Positions 21,509 through 32,007 of a DNA stretch of 64,000 bases are shown here, in pieces; position 1 is the first letter of the stretch; every line of letters begins with the position of its first letter. This DNA is from Moraxella sp. (GTDB lineage Bacteria > Pseudomonadota > Gammaproteobacteria > Pseudomonadales > Moraxellaceae): positions 2,656-66,655 of the forward strand of contig JBGXSA010000021.1 of NCBI GenBank assembly GCA_041811915.1, written 5' to 3'. The position numbers and the translations under genes are program-made. The notes beneath the pieces are model-generated. The model ran no database searches. It was not told the DNA's origin and worked only from the letters and a program-made list of their open reading frames with translations.

Positions 21509-22237
21509 TTAACCTCTATCTGTGTTGCGACGAGTTTGACGACCGCGACGTTTTGGCGCGCGAGTCTTATCTTCCACAACTGGATTATAAACATTATTCA
21601 TACCATCTAGGATTTCACCACGGAAAATCCATACTTTAACACCAATGGTGCCATAAGTGGTTTCAGCACGAACAGACGCATAATCAATATCGGCACGAAG
21701 TGTGTGTAGTGGCACACGACCTTCACGGTACCACTCAGTACGAGCAATTTCAGCACCGCCTAGACGACCTGACAGCTCCACTTTGATACCTTGTGCGCCA
21801 GCACGCATGCTGTTTTGTACAGCACGTTTCATCGCACGACGGAACATCACACGACGCTCAAGCTGACTGGCGATACCTTCAGCCACCAAATGCGCATCCA
21901 AATCAGGTTGGCTGATTTCTTGAATGCTGACTTGCGCAGGAACACCCATCAATTTGGTCAATTCTTTTTGCAAAAGCTCAACACCTTCGCCTTTTTTACC
22001 AATGATGATACCAGGACGGGCGCTGTGGATGGTAACTTTAGCGGCGCCAGTAGGACGCTCAATGCTGATGTTGCTAACCATCGCACCTTCAAGATTTTTG
22101 CTATTACGCAAGAAATCACGCACATGAAAGTCATTTAACAGATATTTTGAATATTGCTTAGGACTGGCATACCAATTGGCATTATGCTTTTTGATAACAC
22201 CCAAACGAATACCAATAGGATGTACTTTTTGACCCAT
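21509..22237 (-). CDS. rpsC: 30S ribosomal protein S3
   Basis: [13 protein letters not shown]; [14 protein letters not shown]. Confidence 0.99.
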   Translation of the reverse strand: MGQKVHPIGIRLGVIKKHNANWYASPKQYSKYLLNDFHVRDFLRNSKNLEGAMVSNISIERPTGAAKVTIHSARPGIIIGKKGEGVELLQKELTKLMGVPAQVSIQEISQPDLDAHLVAEGIASQLERRVMFRRAMKRAVQNSMRAGAQGIKVELSGRLGGAEIARTEWYREGRVPLHTLRADIDYASVRAETTYGTIGVKVWIFRGEILDGMNNVYNPVVEDKTRAPKRRGRQTRRNTDRG

Positions 22238-22239
22238 AA

Positions 22240-22569
22240 TTATTCCCCTACTTTAACGGTAATGTGACAAGTACGCTTACTGATACGATCAGCACGACCC
22301 TTGGCACGAGGCATAATACGCTTCAAAGTAATCCCTTCATCAACATAGATGGTTGATACACGAAGCTTATCAATATCCAAGCCATTATTATGCTCAGCAT
22401 TAGCAATGGCCGAATCTAAGCATTTTTTGACCAATTTAGCACCTTTTTTGTTGCTAAATGTCAAAATATCCAATGCACGCTCAATTGATTTGCCACGAAT
22501 TTCATCAGCAACCAATCGAACTTTTTGTGCCGAAATAGCGGCACCACGTAATTTTGCAGTTACTTCCAT
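22240..22569 (-). CDS. rplV: 50S ribosomal protein L22
   Basis: [15 protein letters not shown]; PRAKGRA. Confidence 0.99.
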   Translation of the reverse strand: MEVTAKLRGAAISAQKVRLVADEIRGKSIERALDILTFSNKKGAKLVKKCLDSAIANAEHNNGLDIDKLRVSTIYVDEGITLKRIMPRAKGRADRISKRTCHITVKVGE

Positions 22570-22578
22570 GGTAGCACC

Positions 22579-22854
22579 TTATTTCTTAGACTTCTTATCA
22601 ACGCCGTGACCACGATAGTTACGGGTTGGTGCGAATTCACCTAATTTATGACCTACCATTTGATCATTAATAATCACAGGCACATGAGTGCGACCATTAT
22701 GAACAGAGATGGTTAGGCCTACCATTTGCGGTAAAATCATTGAGCGACGTGACCAAGTTTTAATCGGCTTTCTGCTGTTAGTTTCAATAGCATCTTCAAC
22801 TTTAGCAAACAAATGTGCGTCAATGAATGGACCTTTTTTCAATGAACGAGGCAT
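22579..22854 (-). CDS. rpsS: 30S ribosomal protein S19
   Basis: [10 protein letters not shown]; [11 protein letters not shown]. Confidence 0.99.
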   Translation of the reverse strand: MPRSLKKGPFIDAHLFAKVEDAIETNSRKPIKTWSRRSMILPQMVGLTISVHNGRTHVPVIINDQMVGHKLGEFAPTRNYRGHGVDKKSKK

Positions 22855-22870
22855 GAAATTCTTCCTTCAA

Positions 22871-23698
22871 TTATTTCTTGGCACGACGGCGACGGATGAT
22901 CATAGAGTCAGTGCGCTTGTTAGAGCGAGTTTTAAGACCCTTAGCTTTTTGACCCCATGGGCTGGTTGGGTGCTTACCGAAGTTACGGCCTTCACCACCA
23001 CCGTGCGGGTGGTCAATCGGGTTCATCGCAGTACCACGAACTGTTGGACGAACACCACGCCAGCGATTAGCGCCCGCTTTACCCAATGACTTCAAGTTAT
23101 TTTCAGTATTGGATACTTCACCAATGACCGCACGACATTCAGCATGAATACGACGAGTTTCACCAGAACGCAAGCGCACAATCACATAAGCACCATCACG
23201 ACCCAATAATTGAACTGCAGCGCCAGCAGAGCGAGCAATTTGAGCACCCTTGCCAATTTTTAGTTCAATATTGTGAATCACTGTGCCAACAGGAATGCTG
23301 CGTAGTGGTAGGCAGTTACCTGGACGGATGGGTGAATTTTCACCCGATTGAACATTGTCACCCACGTTTAATTTTTTGGGGGCAATGATATAACGACGCT
23401 CACCATCAGCATACTTAAGTAGCGCGATGTGTGCCGTACGGTTTGGATCGTATTCAATACGCTCAACAACCGCTGGAATACCATCTTTATTACGCTTAAA
23501 GTCAATCAAACGATAATGTTGCTTATGGCCGCCACCAATGTGACGCGTTGTGATACGACCGTTGTTGTTACGACCACCAGTTTTTGCTTTTGATTCAACA
23601 AGCGGTGCATATGGACGACCTTTATAAAGGTGTGGATGCACAACTTTTTCAACAAAGCGGCGACCTGGTGATGTAGGTTTTGCTTTTACGATAGGCAT
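22871..23698 (-). CDS. rplB: 50S ribosomal protein L2
   Basis: [12 protein letters not shown]; [13 protein letters not shown]. Confidence 0.99.
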   Translation of the reverse strand: MPIVKAKPTSPGRRFVEKVVHPHLYKGRPYAPLVESKAKTGGRNNNGRITTRHIGGGHKQHYRLIDFKRNKDGIPAVVERIEYDPNRTAHIALLKYADGERRYIIAPKKLNVGDNVQSGENSPIRPGNCLPLRSIPVGTVIHNIELKIGKGAQIARSAGAAVQLLGRDGAYVIVRLRSGETRRIHAECRAVIGEVSNTENNLKSLGKAGANRWRGVRPTVRGTAMNPIDHPHGGGEGRNFGKHPTSPWGQKAKGLKTRSNKRTDSMIIRRRRAKK

Positions 23699-23709
23699 GA
23701 TTTCTATCC

Positions 23710-24039
23710 TTATTCGTTAGTCGCTGATTCACTAGTGATGTCCTCACCAGCACCGATTTGCACTTCTGAGCCTGCCTTTAAAGTCACATATGCTTTTTTG
23801 TAATCAGAACGCTTACCAACAATGCGACCAAAACGCTTAGTTTTACCTTTAACATTCAAAGTGTTTACTTTTAATACTTCAACACCTTCAAACATCAGCT
23901 CAACAGCTTGCTTAATTTCTTTTTTTGTTGCGTTGCTATCAACTTTAAAAACCTGAACGCCCAGTGATTCACCAAGCAATTGAGATTTTTCTGAAAATAC
24001 AGGCGCTTTTAATACCTGATACAGTCTTGCATTACTCAT
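23710..24039 (-). CDS. rplW: 50S ribosomal protein L23
   Basis: PVFSEKS; KKAYVTL. Confidence 0.98.
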   Translation of the reverse strand: MSNARLYQVLKAPVFSEKSQLLGESLGVQVFKVDSNATKKEIKQAVELMFEGVEVLKVNTLNVKGKTKRFGRIVGKRSDYKKAYVTLKAGSEVQIGAGEDITSESATNE

Positions 24040-24638
24040 GCGAATGCCTCCTCAAATTGTTTGGCAGCTTCAACAGTCATAATCACTTTGTCAAAAGAAA
24101 CCAAGCTTACAGGATCCACTTCGCGTGTACCCAATACATTCACATGCGGAATGTTGCGTGCTGCTAGGTATAGATTTTCATCAACTTCGTGAGTAACAAT
24201 CAAAGCACGAGGTGCATTTAAATCAGCCAGTTTTGCAATCAATTCCTTGGTTTTTGGCGCTGATACAGTAATGTCATCAACCAATACCAACAAATCTTGA
24301 CGTACCAATTCTGCTAGAATGCACTGCATTGCACCGCGATACATTTTACGGTTTACTTTTTGTGACCAATCTTGTGGCTTGGCTGCAAAAGCGCGACCAC
24401 CGCCAACCCAAATTGGACCACGAATAGAGCCAGCGCGAGCGCGACCAGTACCCTTTTGGCGCCATGGCTTTTTGCCACCGCCAGATACTTCACCACGAGT
24501 TTTTTGTGCGCGTGTACCTTGGCGAGCACCTGCTAGATATGCAGTCACTACTTGGTGTACCAAAGCTTCATTGAATTCACGACCAAAGGTAGTCTCTGAC
24601 AATTCAACCGCTGCACCTGAAACAGTTTTTAAATTCAC
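24036..24638 (-). CDS. rplD: 50S ribosomal protein L4 (own GTG start and GAGGGG RBS retained; in frame with rplC)
   Basis: (V/M)[12 protein letters not shown]...[15 protein letters not shown]; 200 aa from the GTG at 24638. Confidence 0.95.
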   Translation of the reverse strand: MNLKTVSGAAVELSETTFGREFNEALVHQVVTAYLAGARQGTRAQKTRGEVSGGGKKPWRQKGTGRARAGSIRGPIWVGGGRAFAAKPQDWSQKVNRKMYRGAMQCILAELVRQDLLVLVDDITVSAPKTKELIAKLADLNAPRALIVTHEVDENLYLAARNIPHVNVLGTREVDPVSLVSFDKVIMTVEAAKQFEEAFA

Positions 24639-24653
24639 GTTAATCCCCTCAAA

Positions 24654-25292
24654 TGAGGCTTTAACTGATGGACGTACGATGACATCGCCACCATTAGCAC
24701 CAGGAAGAGCACCTTTGATAACCAATACACCTTTTTCTGCATCAATAGACACAATTTCCAAGCCTTGAACAGTCACACGTTTGTTACCCATTTGACCTGG
24801 CATTTTTTTGCCTTTGAATACTTTACCTGGAGTTTGGTTCTGACCTGTAGAACCTAACACACGGTGCGATACTGAGTTACCATGCGTTGCGTCTTGGGTA
24901 CGGAAATTATGACGTTTTACGCCGCCTTGGAAACCTTTACCCTTGCTTTGACCAGTCACATCTACCAATTGACCAACTTCAAATAAGTCAACTGCAATAC
25001 TGCCGCCAACTTCACGACCTTCTAGGTCAGCATCTTCTGCACGAAATTCCCATACACCGCGGCCAGCAGCCACACCTGCTTTGGCAAAGTGACCTTTTTG
25101 AGCAGCAGTTACGCGAGTATCACGGCGTGTGCCAGTAGTCACTTGAATGGCATTATAACCATCTGTATCTACTGTTTTAATTTGCGAGATGCGGTTGGCA
25201 TCAACCTCGACCACTGTTACAGGGATAGAGACACCTGCTTCAGTAAAGACTCGGGTCATGCCGCATTTTTTACCGACTAAACCAATCGCCAT
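24654..25292 (-). CDS. rplC: 50S ribosomal protein L3; the expected stop position (24654-24656) reads TCA, so the ORF runs into rplD (418-aa fused ORF 24036-25292)
   Basis: [13 protein letters not shown]; [13 protein letters not shown]; ends RPSVKA, then SFEGIN linker, then L4. Confidence 0.95.
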
Positions 25293-25335
25293 TTTAAACC
25301 TCTTTTATTAAATCGTTTAAACCAGATTTGTTCAA

Positions 25336-25647
25336 TTAGCCCAAGGCGATTTGAACATCAACACCCGCCGCCAAATCCAACTTCATCAGCGCGTCTACTG
25401 TTTTGTCAGTAGGCTGAACAATGTCAATCATGCGTTTGTGGGTACGAATTTCATACTGGTCCCGAGCGTCTTTATTGACGTGGGGTGAAGTCAATACGTT
25501 GAACCGCTCAATACGAGTCGGCAAGGGAACAGGGCCACATACTTGGGCTCCAGTACGCTTTGCGGTATCGACAATCTCTTGTGCCGACTGGTCAATCAAA
25601 CGATGATCGAAAGATTTTAGTCGGATACGGATTCTCTGGTTAGCCAT
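25336..25647 (-). CDS. rpsJ: 30S ribosomal protein S10
   Basis: [11 protein letters not shown]; GPVPLPT. Confidence 0.99.
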   Translation of the reverse strand: MANQRIRIRLKSFDHRLIDQSAQEIVDTAKRTGAQVCGPVPLPTRIERFNVLTSPHVNKDARDQYEIRTHKRMIDIVQPTDKTVDALMKLDLAAGVDVQIALG

Positions 25648-25889
25648 GCCAACAAGCTCCTAAATAAGTGCTTTTAATTAAATCTATAAGATTTGCTTAC
25701 TTAATTTTGTTTGTACAATCCAATTAAACAAAATAAATCCACCCTATAAGTACCTTGATGGCTTACAGGGAAGTTATGAATCAACAGTGCCAAAAACGAT
25801 GCTTCGGCTGTGGTACTGACACTTATCATAAATAAGCTGATGCTAGGATTGAGGCACCATAAACAGTACAGTGGTATTAAAGTTTGCTT

Positions 25890-25917
25890 ATTATACAGGA
25901 TTTTTTGGATTTTGCAA
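25890..25917 (-). promoter_or_regulatory. S10 operon promoter, followed by a leader of about 235 nt
   Basis: TTGCAA-16 nt-TATAAT on the minus strand. Confidence 0.65.
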
Positions 25918-25952
25918 GTGCAATTTGATTGATTATCCACGCTTTTTTGTCA

Positions 25953-26993
25953 TCAATCAAAAGACAAGCTTGTCATGTCCCAACGCGGCACGCAGCGCAC
26001 CGTCAAATCATCTTGCTGTCCAGCTTGTAAGCGACAAAATCCCGCATAAGCAATCATCGCGCCATTATCGGTACAAAGGTGGCTGGGGGCATAAAAAACT
26101 TGAGCATCCATCTTGCTTAATTGCTGCGCCAAGGTTTGTCTTAGGCGCTGATTGGCAGACACGCCACCTGCAATGACCAATTGTTTTAGATGGGTCTGCT
26201 TGAGCGCTTTTAGGCATTTTTGTGTCAGCACATCCACCATCGCCCACTCAAAACTTGCACAAATATCGGCGCGTACACGCTCATCACTGTCGCTGCCTTT
26301 GGTGTCTTTGATGAGATTGTGCACCGCTGTTTTCATACCGCTAAAAGAAAAATCAAGCCCTTTGTGCAACATAGGTCGCGGCAAATCATAGCGCAAAGGA
26401 TTGCCATTGCTTGCCAAACGCGCAACATTGGGCCCGCCTGGATAAGGCAAATTGAGCATTTTTGCGACTTTATCAAAACATTCGCCCGCCGCATCATCAA
26501 TGGATTCACCCAAAATCTCATACTCGCCAAGTGCCTTTGCGTGCACAAGCAAAGTATGCCCACCCGATACCAACAAACAAACAAATGGAAAAGCTAAGCT
26601 TGAATCATCTTCGCTCAGTAACGGTGCAAGCAAATGCCCTTCCATATGATGCACGCCAATGGCAGGCACACCAAGCCCAAACGCCAATGTGCGCCCATAA
26701 AGCGCACCTGTCATCAAAGCACCAATCAGCCCTGGTCCGCGCGTGTAGGCGACCGCGTCAATTTGCTGTTTGTCAATGCCCGCTTGACTTAATAACTCAT
26801 AAAACAACGGCGTAATCTTACGGATGTGATCGCGACTTGCCAGCTCTGGGACAACGCCGCCATAAGTTGCGTGCAGCTGCACTTGACTGTAAAGCACCTC
26901 CGCCAAAACACCGCCTTTGCCACCATTCATGTCGCTGTCATAAATGGCAAGTCCTGTTTCATCGCAGGACGTTTCCAACCCCAATACTTTCAT
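25953..26993 (-). CDS. tsaD: tRNA N6-adenosine threonylcarbamoyltransferase
   Basis: [34 protein letters not shown] and CTDNGAMIA. Confidence 0.98.
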   Translation of the reverse strand: MKVLGLETSCDETGLAIYDSDMNGGKGGVLAEVLYSQVQLHATYGGVVPELASRDHIRKITPLFYELLSQAGIDKQQIDAVAYTRGPGLIGALMTGALYGRTLAFGLGVPAIGVHHMEGHLLAPLLSEDDSSLAFPFVCLLVSGGHTLLVHAKALGEYEILGESIDDAAGECFDKVAKMLNLPYPGGPNVARLASNGNPLRYDLPRPMLHKGLDFSFSGMKTAVHNLIKDTKGSDSDERVRADICASFEWAMVDVLTQKCLKALKQTHLKQLVIAGGVSANQRLRQTLAQQLSKMDAQVFYAPSHLCTDNGAMIAYAGFCRLQAGQQDDLTVRCVPRWDMTSLSFD

Positions 26994-27049
26994 ACTGCTT
27001 TAATACCCTAAACCCCACCCCCCAACTTTATTTCAATCATTATTTCAAC

Positions 27050-27093
27050 CATTGATTTTAAAATAATGAATTTAATCAGCTGGGTGGAGGCAT
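27050..27093 (+). repeat. partial copy of dispersed REP-like element family A
   Basis: CATTGATTTTAAAATAATGAATTT..AGCTGGGTGGAGGCAT aligns with the reverse complement of 58618-58672 and with 54638-54650. Confidence 0.55.
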
Positions 27094-27253
27094 ATAATAC
27101 TTTTTTAAATTTATTAATAAAATCAATGATTTAAAATGATGGATTTTGTCATCTTAGAGTCATTATCTATCAAACATGATTTAAGTGCAAATGGCTTAGA
27201 TTAAAAATGACATTACCCCACCAATGCTTTAATTATCATTGCTTGAACTTGAT

Positions 27254-28327
27254 TCATGATGTGTTTGATTTGACTGCCCTTGGGTGTGTTGTGTCATAAA
27301 TGCTGACCAATTTGGCAAAATCAACGTGCGTATAGATTTGTGTTGTGCTGATGTCGCTGTGCCCCAACATCTCTTGCACCGCTCGCAAATCACCGCTGGC
27401 AGACAACATATGCGAAGCAAAACAATGGCGCAAAATATGCGGATGTAAATGCTGCTCAATCCCTGCTCTTTGTGCGCACAACACCAAACGCAACTGCACG
27501 CTACGCGCAGTCAGGCGCGTGCCACGTTTTTGACTGACAAACAACGCATCGGTATTTTTTTGCCAATGCGCGCGCAAAGGCAGGTATTCTTGCAAGGCGT
27601 GCAGCGCTTTTTTGCCAACAGGCACTTGGCGATACTTACCACCTTTACCCAACACCAAAACCACGCGCAAAGCCATGTCCACATCGGCAAGATTTAGCCC
27701 AACCAGCTCCGACACCCGCAAGCCACTGCTGTAAATAAGCTCAAACATCGCCTTATCACGCCGCCACAAATCTGCCTCGTGGGGCGCGGTAGGCTTGGGC
27801 TGATCAAGCAGACGCATCATGACATCCACATCGGTAATGGTTGGCAGATGGCGAGATGTTAGCTTGATGTGATAGCCATCGGCAGGATTAACCACTATCA
27901 GTTTTGCTTGCTTTAGATAATCAAAAAAATGATGAATGGCGGACAAATACTGTCTGGCACTGATTGGCTCAAGACCCTGCTCCAAGCGCATAGCAAAATA
28001 GCGCTTAATAAGCGCTTGGGCAATCAAATCCACTGCTTTGGCATATTGTGAAGCAAACAGCAAAAATGCAAAGACCGCGCGCTGATAAGCCGCTCTAGTA
28101 TGCGGACTGTAATGCATTAAGCTTGTCTGCCACGCTTGCCAATGCGTATGATAATGCGCAGGCAATGCATCGCCTTGCACGCCATCTGCCACGCAACAAA
28201 ATAAGCCGTCAAAATCACCTGTTTGGTTTTTTGTCGCTGCTTTGTTGTCAGCCAAGCCATCGTTGCCAGCCAAGCCATCAAAATTGACGTCACTTGCCAA
28301 TTTTTGAATATGCGCAAAGCGACTCAT
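27254..28327 (-). CDS. xerC: tyrosine recombinase XerC (N-terminally extended; start uncertain, ATG 28327 or TTG 28345)
   Basis: RDKAMFELIYSSGLRVSEL, GKGGK, HPHILRHCFASH and LGHSDISTTQIYT; canonical position after dapF. Confidence 0.9.
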   Translation of the reverse strand: MSRFAHIQKLASDVNFDGLAGNDGLADNKAATKNQTGDFDGLFCCVADGVQGDALPAHYHTHWQAWQTSLMHYSPHTRAAYQRAVFAFLLFASQYAKAVDLIAQALIKRYFAMRLEQGLEPISARQYLSAIHHFFDYLKQAKLIVVNPADGYHIKLTSRHLPTITDVDVMMRLLDQPKPTAPHEADLWRRDKAMFELIYSSGLRVSELVGLNLADVDMALRVVLVLGKGGKYRQVPVGKKALHALQEYLPLRAHWQKNTDALFVSQKRGTRLTARSVQLRLVLCAQRAGIEQHLHPHILRHCFASHMLSASGDLRAVQEMLGHSDISTTQIYTHVDFAKLVSIYDTTHPRAVKSNTS

Positions 28328-28345
28328 CTCTTGAAATTCACTCAA

Positions 28346-29242
28346 TCATTCCAAAAAGTCTGCATTATCAAGCTTGATGCCTGCTTGCGCCGCCAAACCG
28401 TCTGGACTGAACACGCCTTCATACACAAAGCTTGTCGGACCTGTCATCATCACCGAATAGCCCTCTTGATAGCGCACCGCAAGACTGCCGCCATACAGCT
28501 GTACGCGCACATCCTCACCTTCATCCAGCCAGCCTTGTCTTACGCCCACAGCGACCGCCGCGCAAGCGCCTGTACCACACGCCTGCGTCTCACCAACGCC
28601 CCGCTCAAACACGCGCAATCTGATGTGCCTTTGATTCATCACCTGCACAAAACCAACATTGACGCGCTCAGGGAATGCCTCATGACTTTCAATCAAAGCG
28701 CCCAGTCTATTGACATCCGCGCTCACCACGTCATCCACCTCAATCACCGCATGAGGATTGCCCATGTTGCACACATACAAAGACACGGGCGTACCGTCCA
28801 CATCCAAGCGATAAGCATTGCCAATTTTGGTGATGGCTTTTGGGGCAAATGGAATGTCACTCGGTTCAAATTTTGGCTTGCCCATATCCACCTGCACCCA
28901 ACCATAACGGTCAGTCGTCAGTGTGATGATGCCGCTTGCGGTCTCAACACGCAAACGCTGCTTAAAGGATAATTTGCGCGCCTGCACAAAGGACGCAAAA
29001 CAACGCGCGCCATTGCCGCATTGCGCCACTTCACTGCCATCGGCATTAAAAATGCGGTAACGAAAATCCACATCAGGGCGCGTTGGTGGCTCAACGATGA
29101 GCAACTGATCAAAGCCCACACCAACATGGCGATTTGCCAATACTTTGATAAGCTCGGCATTGAGCGACATGCGCTGCGTGACAAGGTCTATCACCATAAA
29201 GTCATTGCCAAGCCCATGCATTTTTGTAAATTCAATTAACAT
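28346..29242 (-). CDS. dapF: diaminopimelate epimerase
   Basis: [31 protein letters not shown] and [13 protein letters not shown]. Confidence 0.98.
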   Translation of the reverse strand: MLIEFTKMHGLGNDFMVIDLVTQRMSLNAELIKVLANRHVGVGFDQLLIVEPPTRPDVDFRYRIFNADGSEVAQCGNGARCFASFVQARKLSFKQRLRVETASGIITLTTDRYGWVQVDMGKPKFEPSDIPFAPKAITKIGNAYRLDVDGTPVSLYVCNMGNPHAVIEVDDVVSADVNRLGALIESHEAFPERVNVGFVQVMNQRHIRLRVFERGVGETQACGTGACAAVAVGVRQGWLDEGEDVRVQLYGGSLAVRYQEGYSVMMTGPTSFVYEGVFSPDGLAAQAGIKLDNADFLE

Positions 29243-29342
29243 AATTATTCCTTAATTTTATCATTATGTGATTATATTAGCATGATTGGCAAAATTGACA
29301 AATGATATTATTGTTACCATTTATTGTTGCTGTGATGGACAA

Positions 29343-30656
29343 TCAATCCAACAGCGTTTCGTTTTGCCACAAACTCTCCACACTCTCTCTTTGGCGAATG
29401 ATGACGCTTTGCCCATTGTCCACAAGCACCTCGCACGCGCGTGGACGGCTGTTGTAATTACTCGCCATACTAAACCCATACGCGCCAGCACCTGTAATCG
29501 CAAGCAAATCGCCTTCCTTTAAAGACAACACGCGGTCTTTTGCCAAAAAATCACCCGTTTCGCAAATCGCACCCACCACATCCCACGTTTTGGCGTCATC
29601 ATGCGCAGAAATGTCGGCAGGTATGACCGCCATAACCGACTCATACAAAGTTGGACGAATCAAATCATTCATCGCCGCATCCACCACCGCAAAGTTTTTG
29701 TGCTCGGTTGGTTTTAAAATATCCACCTGCGTGAGCAGCACCCCTGCATTGGCAACCAAACTGCGCCCAGGCTCAAGATAGACTTTTAGTCCAAGCGCTT
29801 GCAATTTGGGCAACAACGCCTCGGCAAATGCCTGTATTTGAACGGGAGTTTCGTCCACATAGCGCACACCCAAACCACCGCCCAAATCAATGTGCTGCAA
29901 ATGAATGTCGCGCTGCTTTAACTCATCAATCAGCTCAATCACCTTGTCTAAGGCATCCATGAATGGTTGAATCTCGGTCAGCTGAGAGCCGATATGGCAA
30001 TCAATGCCCACAATTTCAATATAAGACAATGATTTGGCATACACATAAGCTGCAACAGCCTCAGCATGGCTGATTCCAAATTTATTTTCTTTGAGCCCTG
30101 TTGAGATATATGGGTGCGTCTGAGCATCCACATCAGGATTGACACGCAAGGAAATGCGCGCGGTTTGCTGCATTTGGCGTGCCACCTCATGAATGCGCTC
30201 AAGTTCGCTCATGGATTCCACATTAAAACAAGCAATGCCCGCTTGCAACGCTGTTTTGATGTCGTCTTTACTTTTGCCAAGCCCTGAAAAAACGATTTTG
30301 GCAGGATTGCCACCTGCTTTTAGGACGCGCGCAAGCTCACCGCCTGTAACCAAATCAAAGCCTGCCCCTGCCTGCGCCAACAGCTGTAAAATCGCCAAAT
30401 TTGAATTTGCTTTGACTGCATAACAAATTTGATGATCAACGCTTGCAAAGCTGTCGTCATACGCGCGATATGCCTGCAAAATCGCCTGTTTGCTGTACAC
30501 ATAGCAAGGCGTGCCCACTTGCTTGGCAAGACTGGTCAAATCCACACCATCCATACCAAGCTTGTTGTCGTCATAAGACAAATAAGGCAGATGAGCAACG
30601 TGCTCTGTGGGATTGATTGTCAAGTCTTGGTGGGGGCGGTCGGTATTACACGTCAT
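29343..30656 (-). CDS. lysA: diaminopimelate decarboxylase
   Basis: YAVKANSN (PLP Lys), LRVNPD, HIGSQ, EPGRSL and GAICETGD. Confidence 0.97.
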   Translation of the reverse strand: MTCNTDRPHQDLTINPTEHVAHLPYLSYDDNKLGMDGVDLTSLAKQVGTPCYVYSKQAILQAYRAYDDSFASVDHQICYAVKANSNLAILQLLAQAGAGFDLVTGGELARVLKAGGNPAKIVFSGLGKSKDDIKTALQAGIACFNVESMSELERIHEVARQMQQTARISLRVNPDVDAQTHPYISTGLKENKFGISHAEAVAAYVYAKSLSYIEIVGIDCHIGSQLTEIQPFMDALDKVIELIDELKQRDIHLQHIDLGGGLGVRYVDETPVQIQAFAEALLPKLQALGLKVYLEPGRSLVANAGVLLTQVDILKPTEHKNFAVVDAAMNDLIRPTLYESVMAVIPADISAHDDAKTWDVVGAICETGDFLAKDRVLSLKEGDLLAITGAGAYGFSMASNYNSRPRACEVLVDNGQSVIIRQRESVESLWQNETLLD

Positions 30657-30694
30657 AAAAATTCTCTATTATAAATTAACTATTTATTAAGCAG

Positions 30695-30853
30695 TTATTG
30701 GAGTGTCGTCGTAGCAAAATTGTCTTTGGTTGGAGCAGTCAGAGCCGATGGCGCGCTTGGCGCAACATGAGTGGAATCGTTTGGCAAATACAAATCCCCT
30801 TTTTGCCCACAGCCCACCAACAATACCAACATCAACACAGCCATCATTTTCAT
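30695..30853 (-). CDS. lptM: small lipoprotein LptM/YifL/LppL; not in the ORF track
   Basis: Hand translation MKMMAVLMLVLLVGCGQKGDLYLP...; lipobox plus CGQKGxLYLP signature; usual position upstream of lysA. Confidence 0.85.
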   Translation of the reverse strand: MKMMAVLMLVLLVGCGQKGDLYLPNDSTHVAPSAPSALTAPTKDNFATTTLQ

Positions 30854-30964
30854 TTTTACACCTTTTATAAAGCAAACAAACGCCTTATTTTAGCAAATTT
30901 TTATACAAAATGATGCACAATCGTAAATTTTTGCCCCAAAAAATCATTTTTGATAAAAATATGC

Positions 30965-30992
30965 TTGACAGCATAAAAAATTACGCTATAAT
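30965..30992 (+). promoter_or_regulatory. sigma70 promoter of the tRNA-rimP-nusA-infB unit
   Basis: TTGACA-16 nt-TATAAT, 13 nt before tRNA-Gly. Confidence 0.85.
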
Positions 30993-31005
30993 AGCACCAC
31001 TTTTT

Positions 31006-31081
31006 GCGGGAATAGCTCAGTTGGTAGAGCACAACCTTGCCAAGGTTGGGGTCGCGAGTTCGAATCTCGTTTCCCGCTCCA
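31006..31081 (+). tRNA. tRNA-Gly (GCC)
   Basis: 76-nt cloverleaf GCGGGAA...TTCCCGCTCCA; anticodon arm AACCT-TGCCA-AGGTT region; TTCGAAT T-loop. Confidence 0.98.
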
Positions 31082-31101
31082 GATTCCAAAAAGTTAATTG
31101 A

Positions 31102-31178
<77 letters not shown>

Positions 31179-31455
31179 CTTTTAAAAATCCTTAAAATTA
31201 TGTTATTATTAATTGTCTAATTAATGGTTACATTTTTTTAAGGTGGTTGCAAAACCTTCGGCCGATGTTTTAATTGCCCACCAACGAGATGTTTTGTGGG
31301 TTTTTTTGTATCTGTCAAACCCATTTTTTGCTGTACCAACATTGGCAAGACAACGATTGCGGTTATATCCAATTAAACCGATAGCACCCTAATCGCTCAT
31401 TTATGTCTGCTGCCTTTTTAATTCACAAAACAATTTACAGGATTTGTCATTTTTT

Positions 31456-31944
31456 ATGAAATTATCCACCAAAGTTCAAGAATTGACCGACATCATCGCC
31501 CCTGCGGTTGCTGCGTGTGGCGTTGAGCTGTGGGGTATTGAATTTATGCCGCAAGGTCGCAAGTCTTTGCTGCGCATTTATATTGAAAGCGCAACCGAAG
31601 GCGAGCACGTCACCATTGAAGATTGCACTGCAGTCAATCATCAAGTCAGTGGCGTATTGGACGTGCACGATCCAATTGCTGGTGAATACATTTTGGAGGT
31701 GTCCAGCCCTGGATTTGACCGTTCATTGTTCAGTCCAGAGCAAATCATACGCTATGTTGGCGAAATCATCAACTTGCGCCTCATTCAGCCTGTGGGCGAG
31801 GGCAGCGCCAAGCGCCGCAAAGTTCAAGGCACATTGGTCAGTTTTACTGACAAATCTGTCTTGGTCAAAACCGATGACAACCTTGAATTTGATGTGAAAT
31901 TTGACAACATTGACAAAGCCAACTTAATCTATCAAGACAGATAA
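31456..31944 (+). CDS. rimP: ribosome maturation factor RimP
   Basis: LLRIYIE, TIEDC and YILEVSSPGFDR. Confidence 0.97.
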   Translation: MKLSTKVQELTDIIAPAVAACGVELWGIEFMPQGRKSLLRIYIESATEGEHVTIEDCTAVNHQVSGVLDVHDPIAGEYILEVSSPGFDRSLFSPEQIIRYVGEIINLRLIQPVGEGSAKRRKVQGTLVSFTDKSVLVKTDDNLEFDVKFDNIDKANLIYQDR

Positions 31945-32007
31945 TTGCGACACACCAACACATGCCAATGTGTCTTTGTGAGTGCGCAATGACTATAAGG
32001 ATAAACT

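Noticed and set aside
27254-28345. Tyrosine recombinase as a phage or integron integrase
   Set aside because: The lysA-dapF-xerC order is the standard chromosomal XerC context; no att sites, phage genes or attC cassettes were seen.
28223-28972. 249-aa plus-strand ORF
   Set aside because: Antisense shadow of dapF/xerC; no motif, RBS or independent coding signal.
31179-31455. Possible rimP leader RNA
   Set aside because: A GGTGG...CCACC stem and a T-rich hairpin are visible, but I cannot support a match to a known motif without an Rfam search.
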